64,000 bases of DNA, taken from the human T2T-CHM13v2.0 reference genome, Homo sapiens. The notes under the pieces are model-generated. The model saw only the letters and a list, made by a program, of their open reading frames with translations. It had not been told where the DNA came from and ran no database searches. The translations under genes and the position numbers were made by a program. Every line of letters starts with the position of its first letter. The stretch's first letter is position 1. Shown here one piece after another: positions 36,928 through 54,540 of the stretch. The stretch is taken from assembly GCA_009914755.4 (NCBI GenBank), contig CP086569.2, forward strand, positions 2,336,001 through 2,400,000. The letters run 5' to 3'.

Positions 36928-37359
36928 TGACTCCTCTAACCAAAGACAGGGAAAAACAAACCAAACTTTATTAACATGCGTTTTTCATTGATACATGGGA
37001 GATACCTAGAAATGGGTAGTTTTCAAGGAAGTGGCTTGGATTCTAGCTGCTCTAGTACCCTCAACAAAGAACAGTCCATTTTTAGAGAATTGGCAGAGAA
37101 AGACAAAGGACTTTGAGTCTTCAGGGGCAGCAACAAAATGGCAGAGAAAGGCTGGTTATTGAAGCTTGTTCATTCTGAGTCCTGTGTTCCATGTCCCAGG
37201 CCCATGTGGATTTTCTGCTGTCTTCCGTGCTTCACCTCTGTTCTCCCAGTTGGGGAGGTGGGGTTCGGATTGCTTGTGAATGTGGGCTCATCGTTGCTGG
37301 TGTAGCTGCAGGCTGCAGGCTGTCCAGGGCTTGAGGATTTGCTGATATTCTTTCTTTTC

Positions 37360-37622
<263 letters not shown>

Positions 37623-39147
37623 GTGTATTCTTTTTTGATTTATTCCCAGTCTCTTGGCTGAAACATGGTAGCTCACCAGCATTTCTACTCCCATTTGTCC
37701 AACTGACGGTATCTTTTCACATCTCTAGAGACCAGAAGGACTTCCTCTTCTTGAATTTCCTGTTCAGTATTCTTTCTTGGCTTGGTTCCTTGGTGAGTTT
37801 TGAGGAGATGGTGCATGGGTGTGTTTTTCGGCTTTGTTTTAGTATGACTCAGGGTTGCCACCATGCCTTGTACGGTCTCCTAGTCATAGTATTAAAGTTT
37901 CCGCTTAGCAGGAAACCAGAAACTTCCTTTCTTCTCCCCCAGAGTCAGATTCAAACCAGTGTTTCTCAAGTGGGCTGTGAAAGTAGCTTGCAGCCACCCA
38001 CCTTGCAAAGAAGAAAATTCAACAGAGGAGAGGAGAAAATGCCCACAGGGTACATGGAAAGCCTTGCTAAAGAAGCCGCATGGGCAAAGCTTTTGTTCCG
38101 CTCCCTCTGTCCCGGTGGGCTGGGCTGAGATATAATATATGTTTGTCATTGTGGACGGCAGCTGGATGAGTCTGAAAGCGGTTGCAAACCCCTTTAATTC
38201 ACTTTGCTTTCTCAACTTTGAATGGTGTCGTGGGCTGGGGTGGGTCCCCTGTTTTTGAGAATCACCTGAAAGAGTCTGATTTTCTGCATCTTTTCGGGGA
38301 GTAAAGCTGTTGCTCCAAAGCGCTGTTTAAAAGCTGATAATAGTGTATCTGGTTGAGCTAACAGCCCTTCTTGAGGAGGCAGCAGACTGGCCAGAGGGTT
38401 CTGCAGGCATTACTCATCAGCGACACCTGAGTTTGCCCAGGTAGCCTGACTCTTGTTTGTTTCTGCTTTGCCTGACCCTGCAAAATTATTGTCCAAATGC
38501 ACCCTGGCAAGCATTGATCCACGAGGGGATGCTGACCAGAAGGAGCTTTCGTTTCTGCACGATGGACTGGAACACGATGGACTGGAATGATGACAAGAAT
38601 AAACACACTGCATTGTCTTTTAGGGCCAATGGACTTGGAGGCATAGAGATTTTATAACTACTGCCAGAACCCAAATATTGCCAGTCGGCCTCTTCTGCTG
38701 CTGTTGCTAGCTGTCTTCTTCTGGGGGAAATGGGTTGGGTTCTAAATATGAATTAACACAGGGCTGTCTTCGATGAATTCAGCACAAAATGTTCTCAGCA
38801 ATTGAACACTCGGAGAGAAGTGTTAGGCATTTAGTGCAGACTCATAGAATAGCAGGACAGGGAGGGATTTGGATCTGGGCAAGCAGGAGATGGATATGAA
38901 CATCTGTCTTTTGAGACCGTGCCGAGGTGGCAATGAAGGTAGAGGCCCCCTGTGTTGAGGTCTTTACTCAAGAGGCTGTGGTCCTTTGGGACTAACATAG
39001 CATCCGATAGACAGACAAGATGGACAGCTACAGCCACCTATGGGAAGCGGTTTCTACTCTTAAACCACAAGCCCCTAGACACTCATCATATCATAAACAT
39101 ATCACCGGGCAGTGGCTTGCAATCTTTTTTTTTCTTTGTTTCTTTTT

Positions 39148-39642
39148 TTTTTTTTTTTTAGACTTGCCCAGGCCGGAGTGCAGTGGCACGATTGTAGCTC
39201 ACTGCAGTCTTGACCTCCTGGGTGCAGGTGAATCTCTCACCTCAGCCTTCCAAGGAGCTGGGACCACAGGCATGTGCCACCCTCAGCTAATTTTTAAAAT
39301 CTTTTTGTAGAATCGGAGTCTGACTACATTGCCCAGGCTGGTCTTGAACTCCTGGGCTCAAGCAAACCTCTCGCCTCAGCTTCCCAAAGTGCTGGGGTTA
39401 CAGGCGTGAGCCACCATGCTCAGCCTGCAATCATTTTTTTTGAGACAGGATCTCACTCTGTCGCCCAGGCTGAAGTGCAGTGGTGTGATCTCAGCTCACT
39501 GCAGCCTCGAACCCCCAGGCTCAGGTGACCTGCCCACCTTAGCCTTCTGTGTAGTTGGGACTATGGGCACATGCCACCACACTCAATTAATTTTTACCTT
39601 TTTTGTAGATACAGAGTTTTGTTCTGTCGCCCAGGCTGGTGG
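39148..39642 (-). mobile_element. Two adjacent Alu copies (~39148-39420 older, ~39433-39642 partial)
   Basis: Reverse-complement Alu consensus, twice. Confidence 0.8.
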
Positions 39643-39886
39643 ACATATTTTAATCCTACAGAGTCCAGGCTAAAAACACACCAGTAACTGTGATGCCCAT
39701 CCCTCCTGCATTCCTGATTTCTGAGTGATGGTTTCAGACACAAACCTGCTTGACCACCCTCCAGTAGCTCTTGCTGACCTAGATCCGAGGTTCTCAGCTT
39801 TGGCCCCATTGCGGGAAGCTTGGAAACGTCACTCTTGCCCAGGGTTACCTGGGTAGTCTGGTTTATAGACGTGTTAGGTGTTTTAA

Positions 39887-40720
<834 letters not shown>

Positions 40721-41294
40721 ATTTTTAAAAAGCCCCTCGGAGGGTCTTCATGTGTGGCTGAGTTGTCAAGAATCATTGTTATTTTACTAGATATTCTGTT
40801 TCTTCCCTCCTACATGAGATTTCCCATGACCGCCTCTCGGATGTGAATGTCTATGCCATGGATTACATTTTTCAAAGAGCATTCAGTTTGTTATTTCATC
40901 TTCAGCGAGCCCTTAAGATATTTCTCATGGGCCTTTTGTAGATAAAGACACTGGGGTCAGAGAGTTCAGGAGCTTGCTGGTGATCACATGGTCAGCATGG
41001 GGAAAAATGCATGTGGACATGAGTTCTGTTGGTGGTGAGACGTGGGCACAGGGGTTGCTGGGCTTGGGAGTTGGTGGCTGCGTGTGTGGGCTGAACAGAG
41101 CTCCCCAGGCACGGCCTTGTGGACCTTGAGGGATGCCTGCCTTCACCACTAGTGTGACTTGAAGGGGAGGAGAATGTCCTGAATCAGTGATGGGCATTTT
41201 GATATGGAAGAGAACTCCCTTGAATCCTGGTGGTGAACTTAGACCAGTCACTGAGGCCTCTCCAGCTCCTCAGGGTCTCCGTGTTCTAGGTATC

Positions 41295-42252
41295 CATGTG
41301 TCCTTCCATCCATTTATCCATCCATTTATGCATCCATGCATCCATCCAGCCATGCATCCTCCTTTTATCCATCCATCCATCAACCCATCCTCCCATTCAT
41401 TTACCCATCCATCCGTTCGTCCATCCATCCATCCATCAACCCATCCTCCCATTCATTTACCCATCCATCCATTCATCCATGCATCCATCCATCCATGCGT
41501 GCATCCATCCATCCATTTATCCATCCATCCATCCATCCATCCGTCGTCCCATTCCTTTATCCATCCGTTAATGCACCTGTCCATCCATCCATCCATTCTC
41601 CATTCATCTTTCCATCCATGCATCATCCATGCATCCATCCTTTTAGTTCATCCAGCCACTCATCAATTGATACATCCATCTGTCCACCATCCACTCATCT
41701 ATCCATCCATTCACCCATCCTTTCATCAATTTACCCATCTACCATCCATCCATTTATCCGTTCACCCATTCATCTATCCATCTGTCCATCCATCCACCTA
41801 TCTGTTCATCCATCCATCCATTCATCTATCCATCCATCCACCTACTCACCCACCCACCCATCCATCCACCCACCCAACCATCCATCCACCCAACCATCCA
41901 TCCATACCTCCATCCGTCTACCCACCCACTCATCCACTTAACTACCCATCCATCCACTTATCCATGCATTCATCCATCCATCCACCTACCTACTCACCCA
42001 CCTAAACTCATCTATCCACTCAACCATCCATCCACCTATCCACCCTTACCTCCATCCATCCCCTTACTGCCCATCTTTCCACTCATCCCATCCAACTACC
42101 CATCCATCCACCCAGCTGTCCACCCAACCATCCACCCACTCACTAATTTATCCACTCACCCACGCATGCATCCATCCATCCATCCATCCACCCACCCATT
42201 TACCCACCCACCCATCCATCCACTTACCTGCCTGTCCATCCACCCTCCCAGT
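41295..42252 (+). repeat. (CATC/CCAT/CCAC)n array, ~960 bp, in CD99 intron 1
   Basis: ccatccatttatccatccatttatgcatccatgcatccatcc ... cacccacccatccatcc. Confidence 0.9.
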
Positions 42253-43652
42253 CCATGGCTCTTTCATGTATTCCTTCAGCCAGCATAGGTTGAAGTTAAA
42301 TGTACTATTGGTGCTATTTGCTGTGGTCCCTGTTTTTTGTTCTCTGCTTTGGAGGTAACAACCAGGGCATCAATTTGGGCATAAAAGCACCATTGTGGAT
42401 GGAAGGCCTGGATGTCTGGAGGCACAGAGCAGGGACTACACTTGTTCAGGGGGTCAGAGAGAGTTCTCCCAGGAGGGGCCCTCCCTGGACACTGAGCTTC
42501 CAAGAATGAGCAGAGGAAACCAGGTGTAAGGAAGAGGAAGGGCCTCTTCTCAGCCTGGTAGACAAGCAGTAAGAGTGATGATGGGGCAGCTGCAGTTCAT
42601 CTCAGACTAGAGGAGCTGCAGGGGCCAGATGGTGGGCAACCTCTGTTGCCACTGCTGAGGAGTGCAGATTTAAGCTCCCCTGAAGGGTTTGACGCAGACA
42701 GCTGTGCGGGGACGCTTAACCTGCCTAAGGCCCGTCTTTGGGTAACAGCATGCAGAACAGGTGGGAGGGGCTGGGGCTATTTTTGGCAGAGCGTGGATAA
42801 GTCAGTGGAGATAGAAGAGAAGGCACAAGCTATTTTAGGAGATATTGAGGAAGTTAAAATCTGTAACAGGTCCCTGCCTGCAGAGTTGACCACACGTTTG
42901 CATCACATGGGTAGGCTTTAAAATATAGATGCCTGCATCTCACCTTGGAAAGTTTCTGATTTAATTAGCCTGGGCATCAGGACTTAGGAAAACCCCACAG
43001 ATGTGTGTAATTTGCTGCTGGAGTTGAGAACTGGGGTGCGGAGCTGTGCTCCTTAAACTGTAATGTGCTTACAGATCACCTCTGGTAATACTTGTGAGAA
43101 AGCGCTTCAGGTGGGCTAGGGAGAGGATCACGGAGGGCTTCCTGGAGAAGGTGACATTCTCCCAGGGCCTTGAGGGGTGAATAGACATTTTCCAGGTTCA
43201 GAAAGAAGGAATGGGCTTTCATGGCCAGGTAGAGGATCCAATGAGGCAGACGAGGGGCCCAAATTCTGTGACCCCCTACCCCTACCCCACCCCCAGGATG
43301 CCCCTGTATCAGTCCCATGGTGTAACAACCAAATTCACAAGATGCTGCAGAGGGGAAGAGATTTTAAATTTTCTGAGAAAGACAATGATATATTTTGGAC
43401 ACCATGAGAAATACTGTTATTAACTTGTTTTAACCTAGGTACACGCAATCTTCATCATTCAGTGATTCTGTATTTGTGACTTGCCTGCTTACTAAAATGT
43501 ATTTGTCATCCCCACATCAATATTCCTGGCATTTAATTTTTTTATTTTAAACTTTCATTTTAGGTTCGGGGATACATGTGAAAGTTTGTGACTTAGGTAA
43601 ACATGTGTCATGAGGTTTTGTTGTACAGATTATTTCATCACTGTGGTATTAA

Positions 43653-44045
<393 letters not shown>

Positions 44046-44560
44046 AGAATTGAGCTTCTCAATAGCACATGTTCTCAGCTGAGGTTCAACAAAGCCAGAC
44101 CCTGCCTTCTCGGGCCAGCGCGTACTGTCAACAGGGTTCTTTGCAAGGTCTATTTGGTGTCCCGTGTTTTGTGTTTTCGTGCTTTTTGTCAGTGATTTTG
44201 CGCTTTCAAATATCCCCAAGTCGGTGCTGACATGCTACCTAGCGTCCCTAAGTACAGGAAAGCTGGCATGGTCTCACGGGGAAAATACACATTTGATGAG
44301 CGTCATTTAGGCACGAGTTATAGTGCTGTTGGCTTCGAGATCAATGTGAGTGACTCCACAATGTCTATTCACTGCGGTGTCTTTAAACAGAAACCCACAT
44401 AAAACGCGCTTAGGTAGTGATTGGTTCATGACCTCTGGGAACGTAGTCCTGTATTTACGTGGGAGCAATAGTTCACTATTCGCTAATTCAGTGTTCGCTG
44501 AGACTTTATAAAACGTAACTGCTTTGAATAACAAAGCTGTAATTAACAAACCGAGCTGTT

Positions 44561-44562
<2 letters not shown>

Positions 44563-44614
<52 letters not shown>
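44563..44614. repeat. (GT)26 dinucleotide microsatellite
   Basis: A perfect gt run of 52 bp. Confidence 0.95.
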
Positions 44615-44615
<1 letters not shown>

Positions 44616-45367
44616 GGCCTCACATCATTTTACAGAGACACACAGGGCTCTGTGAACTGCTAATAGTTGGGACCGGCGGAGGGGTTATTTCAAGCTAGTC
44701 CAAAACTGCAGGGCAGAGACCACTTTGAAAGGAGATCAGCAGTCGGGGAGTGGCTGGGATGAAGTTGGAAAAAGTGCTGAGGCCCCTAAGTCAGTTTCCG
44801 GTGTTTCCACGTTAGCCTTGGGGGGTGATCACTCAGTTTCCTGTAGGGATGGGATCTGGGCTGGCATCTGCCTGTGGAAGGGGTGACAGGGACGGAGAGC
44901 AGGGAACCCCGAGCAGCCCTGCCTTGCTGTTGTCTGAGCCTCAGAACTCCTGAAGGCGGGGTCCTTCAGCATCACCCTGGAGTTTGTTAAAAATGCAGGC
45001 TCATGAGCCTCACCCCAGACCACAGAACGAAAATGTCTGGGGGTGAGACCCAGGATTCCACGTCTCCCCAGGTCCCTCGCAGGGCGATTCTGAGAACTGC
45101 CGGTGTGAGGCGTGCTCAGCCCAGCCCAAACATTCACACCATTCTTTGGCCTCTTGTAAAACTTGGCGTAGCTCAGGGGACGTTCCCAGAGTTATGGCAC
45201 ACGAACAAAAGAAAGTTTCCCACTTCTTACCAAACATATTGTAAAATTACAGGAAAGAGCTTGTTCTTTCACGTCTATACCCTTGTGCCGTCGTCCTAGT
45301 TAGGATGAAGCCGAGATGTTACCTTGTACCTTAGGCCACCGCAGACAAGGAAGTATATGCAGTTTAA

Positions 45368-45985
<618 letters not shown>

Positions 45986-47041
45986 ATAATTTTCAAGCTA
46001 AGAAGACAGAGAGACGAGTTTAACTATTGCTACAGACATGAAGCCCTTCCCTTTCCATAGTTTGCTAGCAGAGAGTGTTTCCAGGGCCCGGCGGCCACTA
46101 TCACCCACTGCGTTCATAGCTTTCCATGGGGTGAACAGATTGCGCTGGACTCAGCGGTTAAATCTAAAGTGTAGGATGTTTGGTGAACTCGGAGTTCCTT
46201 GCACTTGTCTGTGATCTGGCACATTGTGTTTTCTGTACTCAGATATGCAGTCACTGGCACACATCCTGTTACTGACGGGAAGCTGGACCCAGCACTGGAG
46301 TATTTCTGAGACTATGACACTCTGGTGTATTCCTGAAACTATTTATGACACTATTAAGCTCTTTTCTGTAATTTTACAATATGTTTGGTAAGATCTCAGC
46401 GCCAGATTTTTTTAAATGATGTGTTTATTTCTTTTAATTGACAAATACACATTGTATGTGTTTATGCGGTTGCACATGGTGTCTTGATGTATGTATCCAT
46501 GGTGAGATGGATTTAAATATGCATGACCTCACAGACTTTGCAGCACTTTTTTGTGTGTGGTGAGAACACTTATTCAGAATGGGCTCCTTTAGTCGTTTTC
46601 AAATATTCAAGCCATTGTTACTAATTGCAGTCGCCATGGTGTCTCTGAGCTTTCCTGAAGTTATTTGTCCTGTCTCATGGACGCTTTGTGCCCTGTGACC
46701 GATCGTCTGCCCGGTGTTAAATGACACATCTTGAAAAAGAGGACAATACTTCCAGAGCGATTCGGTTTTATAGCAACAGAAAAGTAAGGGTGTTTTGACC
46801 ATTTGAATAAAATAGTAAAATGAAATGTATCAGCTGCCTCCTGCTATTCCCACACAGGAGGACTTCCGGTGCTTGCTCCAATGTGGAGGCATTTTCTCTT
46901 GCAGCATTCTGAGCTACAATTATCTCTAGGCTGGGGACCCTTCCCGAGGCCCCCCAAACCTGGAATGAAAGTTTTTAGGGTCAGACCATGTGACTGGTTC
47001 CACTCGACCTCCAAAACGTTAAAAAGAAAAAAAAAAAAAGA

Positions 47042-47460
<419 letters not shown>

Positions 47461-47785
47461 TTAGTGGGCTTTGGAAAAGGGTGTGGAAAACCAGCAGGAG
47501 CAGATGAGTACTGGAGTGGCCAGCAGCAGGTGTGAACACCCTGGGGTGATGCTGGGGCTGAGTGAATTGGACATTTTTCAGCAGGGACACCCAGGCCAGT
47601 GGCGGGTCTTCATCCTCCCACCCTTAATGGAGATGAACGGCATTATTGAGAAAGCTGCAGGCACACACAGAGCACTGCTTAAATGATGTCCCTGGCTGCT
47701 GCTGTTACTATGTAATGATTGTGTTATTCTTATGAAAATCTGAAAGTTACAGGAATCTTGGAACTGCCTAATTTTTTTTAATTAA

Positions 47786-47964
<179 letters not shown>

Positions 47965-48011
47965 TGAAACACCTGAATGATGTGATGATGGGGTTTAAGA
48001 TAACCCAAGTG

Positions 48012-48320
48012 TTCGGGCGCGGCGGCTCACATCTGTAATCCCTGCACTTTGGGAGGCCAAGGCAGGCAGATCACTTGATGCCCGGAGTTTGAGACCAGCC
48101 TGGCCAACATGGCGAAACTCCATCTCTACTAAAAACACAAGAATTAGCTGGATGTGGTGGCACATGCCCATAGTCCCAGCTACTGGGGAAGCTGAGGAAG
48201 GAGAATCACTTGAACCCAGGAGGTGGAGGTTGCAGTGAGTTGAGATCATGCTACTGTACTCTAGCCTGGGCAACAGAGCAAAACTCTGCCTCAAAAGAAA
48301 AGAAAAGAAAAGAAAAAAAC
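48012..48320 (+). mobile_element. Alu SINE
   Basis: ggcgcggcggctcacatctgtaatccc start and an (AAAAG)n tail. Confidence 0.9.
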
Positions 48321-50116
48321 AGCAAAAAGAGAACCCAGGTACTGGCTCTCCTCCTGCGTTTGCCCCGGTTGAGTGCATTCCTGCATTAGTGCAAGCCTTA
48401 GTCACGTTGCAGAGGAACTCACACACCCCATGTGGCCTCGGGGACTTCACTCTGGGTTCGTCCTGTTTTTTGAGTTGCCTGGCTGATGAGAAAAAGTAAA
48501 CATGGTTTGAATCAGTAGAAAGTGTCTTGTCAGACTGACTCATGCCATCTGTCGTCCGTTCCGCCTTGCCCTGATGAGCCATTACCCTGTCCCGGAAACA
48601 TCTGGAGCTTTGAGAGGGCCGGGTGGAAACAGCAGTGGCAGTTGGGGGTTCTGCTGAGGGTCTGGTCTCTTTGCAAATTTGCAGAGAGGCTGAATGCCGT
48701 AAACGTGCAACACAGGCACCTGAGTTCTCCACCAGGCTCCTTCTCTGAGGGCATGGTTGCAGCTCTTGCTGGGTGGGTTTTGTTGGTGTTTTCTTCACAT
48801 TTGTAGCCCCGGAGGTCGTTTTCAGGAGCAAAAAGGCAAGTGGGGGTGTCTGCTGTGAGCCCGCAATTTCCTGCCTACCACCTGAAAGCTCAGGGAATGT
48901 GATGAATTGGGAGATGAATCCTAGGCAATAAAGAGAGCAGTGGACTGAGTTAGGAGACGATAGCTTCATTTACAGAGATTCCTTTACTGACTGATGATCA
49001 TTGATTGGGTTTGCTTCCCCATGAGGCTTCAAGCCAATAGCACGTGCATTTGCATCCATTTATATACACCTGGGGGACTGCCTTCCTCACACACACCTGG
49101 GGGACTGCCTCCCTCACACACACCTGGGGAACTGCATCCCTTCACATACATAGGGAACTGTGTCCCTCACACACCTGGAAGATTAGCCTCAGAGGTGTCT
49201 GCAGTACCAGATTCCACCAGGGAGTGAACGTCTGATTATGGGTGATTCAGGGTGCCCACGTCTATATGAAATCGAGAGCGGGTCACCTCCCTTTCCTCCC
49301 TACTCTCTGTGGGGTGGTGTTTGGGGAGCTGTCTTAAGTGTTAGTCACCCGAGGAGAAAATGGTGAGGGTGGGACTCTGTATCTGGGAGAAAGGAGACCT
49401 TGGAGGCAGGGGACAGACTGACAGAGCCTTGAGCGATGGAAGCTGAGGTCGAGGGCCCAAGGTCGATGATAGAATGCTTGGGGTTGTCTCTCCTCTGGTG
49501 TCCTTGTCCTTCAGGCATCCTGGAGTGACATTGAAATTGTTTCAATTAAAAACTGTAGAAACAGCACAGAGATAAGAATGGAAGACAAGCTCCAAGTGCG
49601 GGGCTGAGGCGAGTTCTCCAAGGACTAGGGCTAAGGGCAGAGGGTGGGAGAAGGGGAGAAGGGCGTGAGGGGCATACTGTGTCCTTTGCCACCCACTCTC
49701 AGACTTGTTGTCTTGGACCTCCGTCGGCTGAGCTTGGGGTCCGGGGAGCAGTGGGTTTGGACACTCAGTGGTGACGTCAGCCGTAGTCCTGAAGCAGAGG
49801 GGAAGTTGGCAATCCAGGCTTGCCTGGGGGTGACACTGGTGGCGGGAGGGCCTGTGCCCTCCCCTGTAACTGGGTTTGTGTGGGGTCCATGGGGGCATTG
49901 GGGTCAGTGGAAGGAACATGAAGTGAGCCAGAGCATCGTCACTGTGGCCTCTGAGGGCAGGTGGAGCAAGAAAAGGAGGAAGCTTCTAAGTGACACCTGG
50001 TCCCAGCTCAGTGGCTATGACCAGGGAAGTCATGTGGAGGAAAAGGCTGGTGGACTCTGAGGGTGATGGAGGAGGATGGGAGGGGCAAGCTAGGCTGGGG
50101 AGGTGGCAGGCCATGG

Positions 50117-50724
50117 ACACACACCAGACAGACACACATGTGCATGCACACATACACAGGCACATACATGCATGCACACTCATGCCATGCATATATGCAT
50201 GCATGCACACGTGTGCACCCACACAGCAAGTCACATGTGCACGTGAGCACACATGAAAACACACAAGCACATGCACATACTCCTGCAGTGCACATGCACA
50301 CCCATATATGCATGCACACAGGTGTGTGCTCAGATAGCACCCTCACACATATGCACACAAGCACACAGGCAAACACGCAGACACATGAACAAATGCACAT
50401 ATATATTCATGCAGTGCACTTGTGCACATATACACATGCAAACAGGTGTGCATTCAGCACACTCACAATGCACATGAAAACACGTGTGCACACACATGCA
50501 GTGCAATACATATATGCATGCACATGTGTGCCCACACCATACACCCACACATACGTGCAGGAGCACACACGTGCACACACAGAAACCACATGAATGCATG
50601 AGCACGCGTATATGAAATACACATGTACACATGAGCACATCCACACGCGCACATGCATGAACATAGACACACACATGCATGTACATAGACACGCACATGC
50701 ATGTACATAGACATGCACACGTAT
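50117..50724. repeat. CA-rich complex repeat (CA/CATG/CACATA)n, ~600 bp
   Basis: Alternating purine-pyrimidine acacacatgtgcatgcacacatacacaggcacatacatgcatgcacac. ORF-track ORFs on both strands are artefacts of it. Confidence 0.85.
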
Positions 50725-51710
50725 ACCCAGGCCCTGCATTGGAAAAAATCCAAAATGTGGCTTGGTTGCAAAGAGCACATGAAGAGCTGTTGAATGCAGA
50801 GGTGCCCAGCAAGAAGCATGGACCTAAACCCGAAGGTGGTTGGGGGAAGCTTGGGGACACCTGGGTGGGCAAATGGCCCCCCTGAGGCCCAGGGACAGAT
50901 GCAAAAACCCAGCAAGCCAGGAGGGTCTTTGAAAAAAAAAATGTGTACCACATGTGACATTTCCCATGTGAGGGAAGCATCGAGATCATACTGTGTTTTC
51001 CCTGTGCCCTGCGATTTTGCAGCTGACATGCCCTTTCTGTGGAAATATATAGCAGTCCTCATGCTAGGATTGCGTGTTCTGTGTCAGGCAGCTGGGCATG
51101 GGAGTGCAGGGTGTGGGGTGGAACCTGGGAGGAGAGTTCTAGTTTTACCACTGTGTTCCGGCCGTGGGGTGTCCTGGGGAATGGAGGCCACCTCCTGACA
51201 CTGGAGTTTCCTGGGTTCTGCTGTGAGCGAGGAGTGGGAGAAGACAAGACTCTGGTCTTAGAAACCTTCCGAGTCTCGTACGCCCTTGACTGCCGTTTCT
51301 GAGTATTTCCTGAAGCTTGGGAAGGATGAGTCACTTTAAGGGGATTGTCCTATGTTGCTTTGTTTTGTTTCTTTAGTGACGGTGTCTATGATCATCTTCT
51401 GTTTATGAGGGTGAAATTACAGAAATAAGAAGGGTTACACTTAAAATAATATCTGTACTTTACTTTCACGTGTGGGGTTTTTTTTTGTCATTGCTGCTGC
51501 TTTTTTTTCTTTAACATTCTGACAGTTCTGTCTGCTTATTATTAAGTCTTCCTACCTTTCTAAAGAGAATGTCTTTCTTGCTAAAGAATACATTATGGAC
51601 TCTTGGAATCTCTTTGTTGGGGTGGAGGGGGTGGGGACTTGCCCTGACTTGCTGGGAATGCCCATAGGGTTTAGAAGTCACGTCTACCGCTGAGGCACTA
51701 ACAAAGGTAA

Positions 51711-52135
<425 letters not shown>

Positions 52136-52185
52136 AGAGATGACTTCTAAACCTTCAGGGTATTCCCAGCAAGTCAGGGCAAGTC

Positions 52186-52422
52186 TATATATATATAATA
52201 TATATATGTGTATATATATATTTGTATAAATATATAATTCGTATATATAGTATGTATATATAGTATATATAGTATGTATGTATATGGTGTGTATATATGT
52301 AGTGTGTGTATACATAGTATGTGTATATACAGTATGTATGTATATAGTATGTGTATATATAGTATGTGTGTGTATTATATATATATATAGTATGTGTATG
52401 TGTGTATATATATATATGTTTA
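52186..52422. repeat. (TA)n/(TATG/TGTA)n compound repeat
   Basis: atatatatataatatatatatgtgtatatatatatttgtataaatatat...agtatgtatgtatatggtgtgtatatatgtagtgtgtgta. Confidence 0.85.
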
Positions 52423-52720
52423 TTTGGGATAAGGAAAGGAAATCAGTATGTCAAAGAGACACTCCCCTCCCATGTTTATTGCAGCACCATTCGGAGTAGC
52501 CAAGACATGCAGTCAATGGAAGAGCCCATCAAGGGATGAATGCAGAAAGAAAATGTGCTATATCAACTCTGTACATTCACTAAAAGCCATTCATTTGCAC
52601 AGTGAGAATAAGTGCCTTTCATGCTATGTAAACTATGCCTCAATAAAGCTATTAAATGAACAAAGAAAATAGGGTATATTCACAATGGAATGGTATTCAG
52701 CTTTAAAAAAGAAGGAGGTT

Positions 52721-53015
52721 GGCTGGGTGCGGTGGCTCATGCCTGTCATCCTAGCACTTTGGGAGGCTGAGGCAGGTGGATCACCTGAGGTCAGGAGTTC
52801 AAGACCAGCCTGGCCAACATGGTGAAACCCCGTCTCTAGTAAAAATACAAAAAATTAGCTGGGCATGATGGGCGGGCGCCTATAGTCCCAGCTACTCAGG
52901 AGGCTGAGGCAGGAGAATTGCTTGAACCCAGGAGGCGGAGGTTGTAGTGAGCCAAGATCATCGCACTCCAGCTTGGGCAACAGAGTGAGACTCTGTCTCA
53001 AAAAGAAAAAAGAAG
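52721..53015 (+). mobile_element. Alu SINE with TSD aaagaagga.gt
   Basis: Alu consensus. The TSD lies at ~52707 and ~53005. Confidence 0.9.
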
Positions 53016-53018
53016 GAA

Positions 53019-53395
53019 GTCCTGCCATTTGCAACAACATGGATGGAACTGGAGGACATGATGTTAAGTGCAGTAAGCCGAGCACAGAAAGACAAATACC
53101 GTCTGACCCAAACACGCTTACGTGGAATCTAAAACCACTGAACTCACAGAAGCAGAGTGGAATGGCGGTGACCAAGGGGTTGGGAGTGAGGGGTGGGGGA
53201 AATGGGGAAATGATGGGTAAAGGGTACAACATTTCCATCAGATAGGAAGGGATAAGTTCAGGGGTCTACTGTACTCAGGGTGACTGTGGTTAGTAAGAAT
53301 GCGTTGCATACTTGAAAATGCCTAAGACAGTAGCTTTGAACTGTTTGCACCACAAATAAATAGGCGAGGTAAGATGTAAATAAAGAAAAAAAATA
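53019..53395 (+). mobile_element. L1 (L1M-type) 3'-end fragment
   Basis: tcctgccatttgcaacaacatggatggaactggaggacatgatgttaagtg...aaagacaaataccgtctgacc...ggggaaatggggaaatgatgggtaaagggtacaacatttcc. Confidence 0.65.
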
Positions 53396-53707
53396 CTTCA
53401 AAAAATACAATTACAGATTTCTATGGAAACATATGAACATGAGTGCATATATATATTTATATGTGCGTGTGTCTGTACCTGCCTTATGGTTTATTCTGGA
53501 TCAGTAGGATCCTCCCTTGCTACCGTCTAAAGATCTGCCGCATGCTGCAGGAGGAGCTGTAATTGCATTTATGATGTCTGGCAAGTGTCCTGTTGTGGAA
53601 ACAGCCATTTCAGGGCTCTGAGGTTGTGGAAACGACTCCACTCTGGTTGCCGGCATGGGGCCCACAGAGCTGTTCCGAGCGTTTTGTCTACTTTCTACTT
53701 ATTGTTG

Positions 53708-54540
53708 ACACACACAGAAACACACACGCAGCCATGAGTACACACACACACAGACATACAAGCAGACGTGGACACACCTACCTGTATGTACATACTCAAA
53801 ACACACCTTCACACTATACTCACCTACCCATACACACACGTGCACACAACTACATGTGTGCACACAAACACATGCATACATGCACCTATGCATATGCACA
53901 CGTGGAAACACACCTGCACACTACACACACCTACACATACACACACAAACCCACAAATGCACACACCCACACAGGCACAAACACACAAATGCACACACCC
54001 ACACATGCACAAACACACCTACACACATAAACATATTGACACATGCACACATGCACATGAAAAACACATATACACACTACATCCGCCTACACAGACACAC
54101 ACAAACCCACATATACATGCACCTACACACATGCACACATAACACCTACACACATGCATACAGAACCCACACATACATGCATCCATAGGCACACAGAAAC
54201 ACACCTACACACTGTGCACACCTACATATGCACACACAAACCCACATGAACATGCACTGACACATATGCACACAAAAAACACACTACACACACAGAAACC
54301 CACAAAATACACCTCCACACTTACACAAAACACGCCTACACATATGCACATACACAAACCCACACATACATGCACCTGCCTATATGCACCCACAACACAT
54401 ACACATATGCACACACAGAACTCACCTACACACCCCATACATGCACACAAAACCCACAAATACATACATGTGCACTGCAAATGCCCAAATATACATGCAC
54501 ACTCACACACACATACCCCTGTGACATATGCATGCACGCT
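53708..54540. repeat. CA-rich complex minisatellite, ~830 bp, with a higher-order period of ~40-55 bp
   Basis: Recurring units such as acacacctacacatacacacacaaacccacaaatgcacacacccacacaggcacaaacacacaaatgcacacacccacacatgcacaaacacacctacacacat. Confidence 0.85.

Noticed and set aside
47995-48969. A 324-aa ORF on the minus strand at 47995-48969.
   Set aside because: Its C-terminal third is the antisense of an Alu, and the remainder has no recognisable domain. A chance ORF of this length is expected roughly once per ~100 kb. It sits inside CD99 intron 1 on the opposite strand.
50008-51062. Multiple overlapping ORFs of 120-220 aa on both strands at 50008-51062, and 110-145 aa at 53593-54670, rich in His/Thr/Cys/Val.
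   Set aside because: These are translations of the CA-rich (CACATG)n low-complexity arrays.
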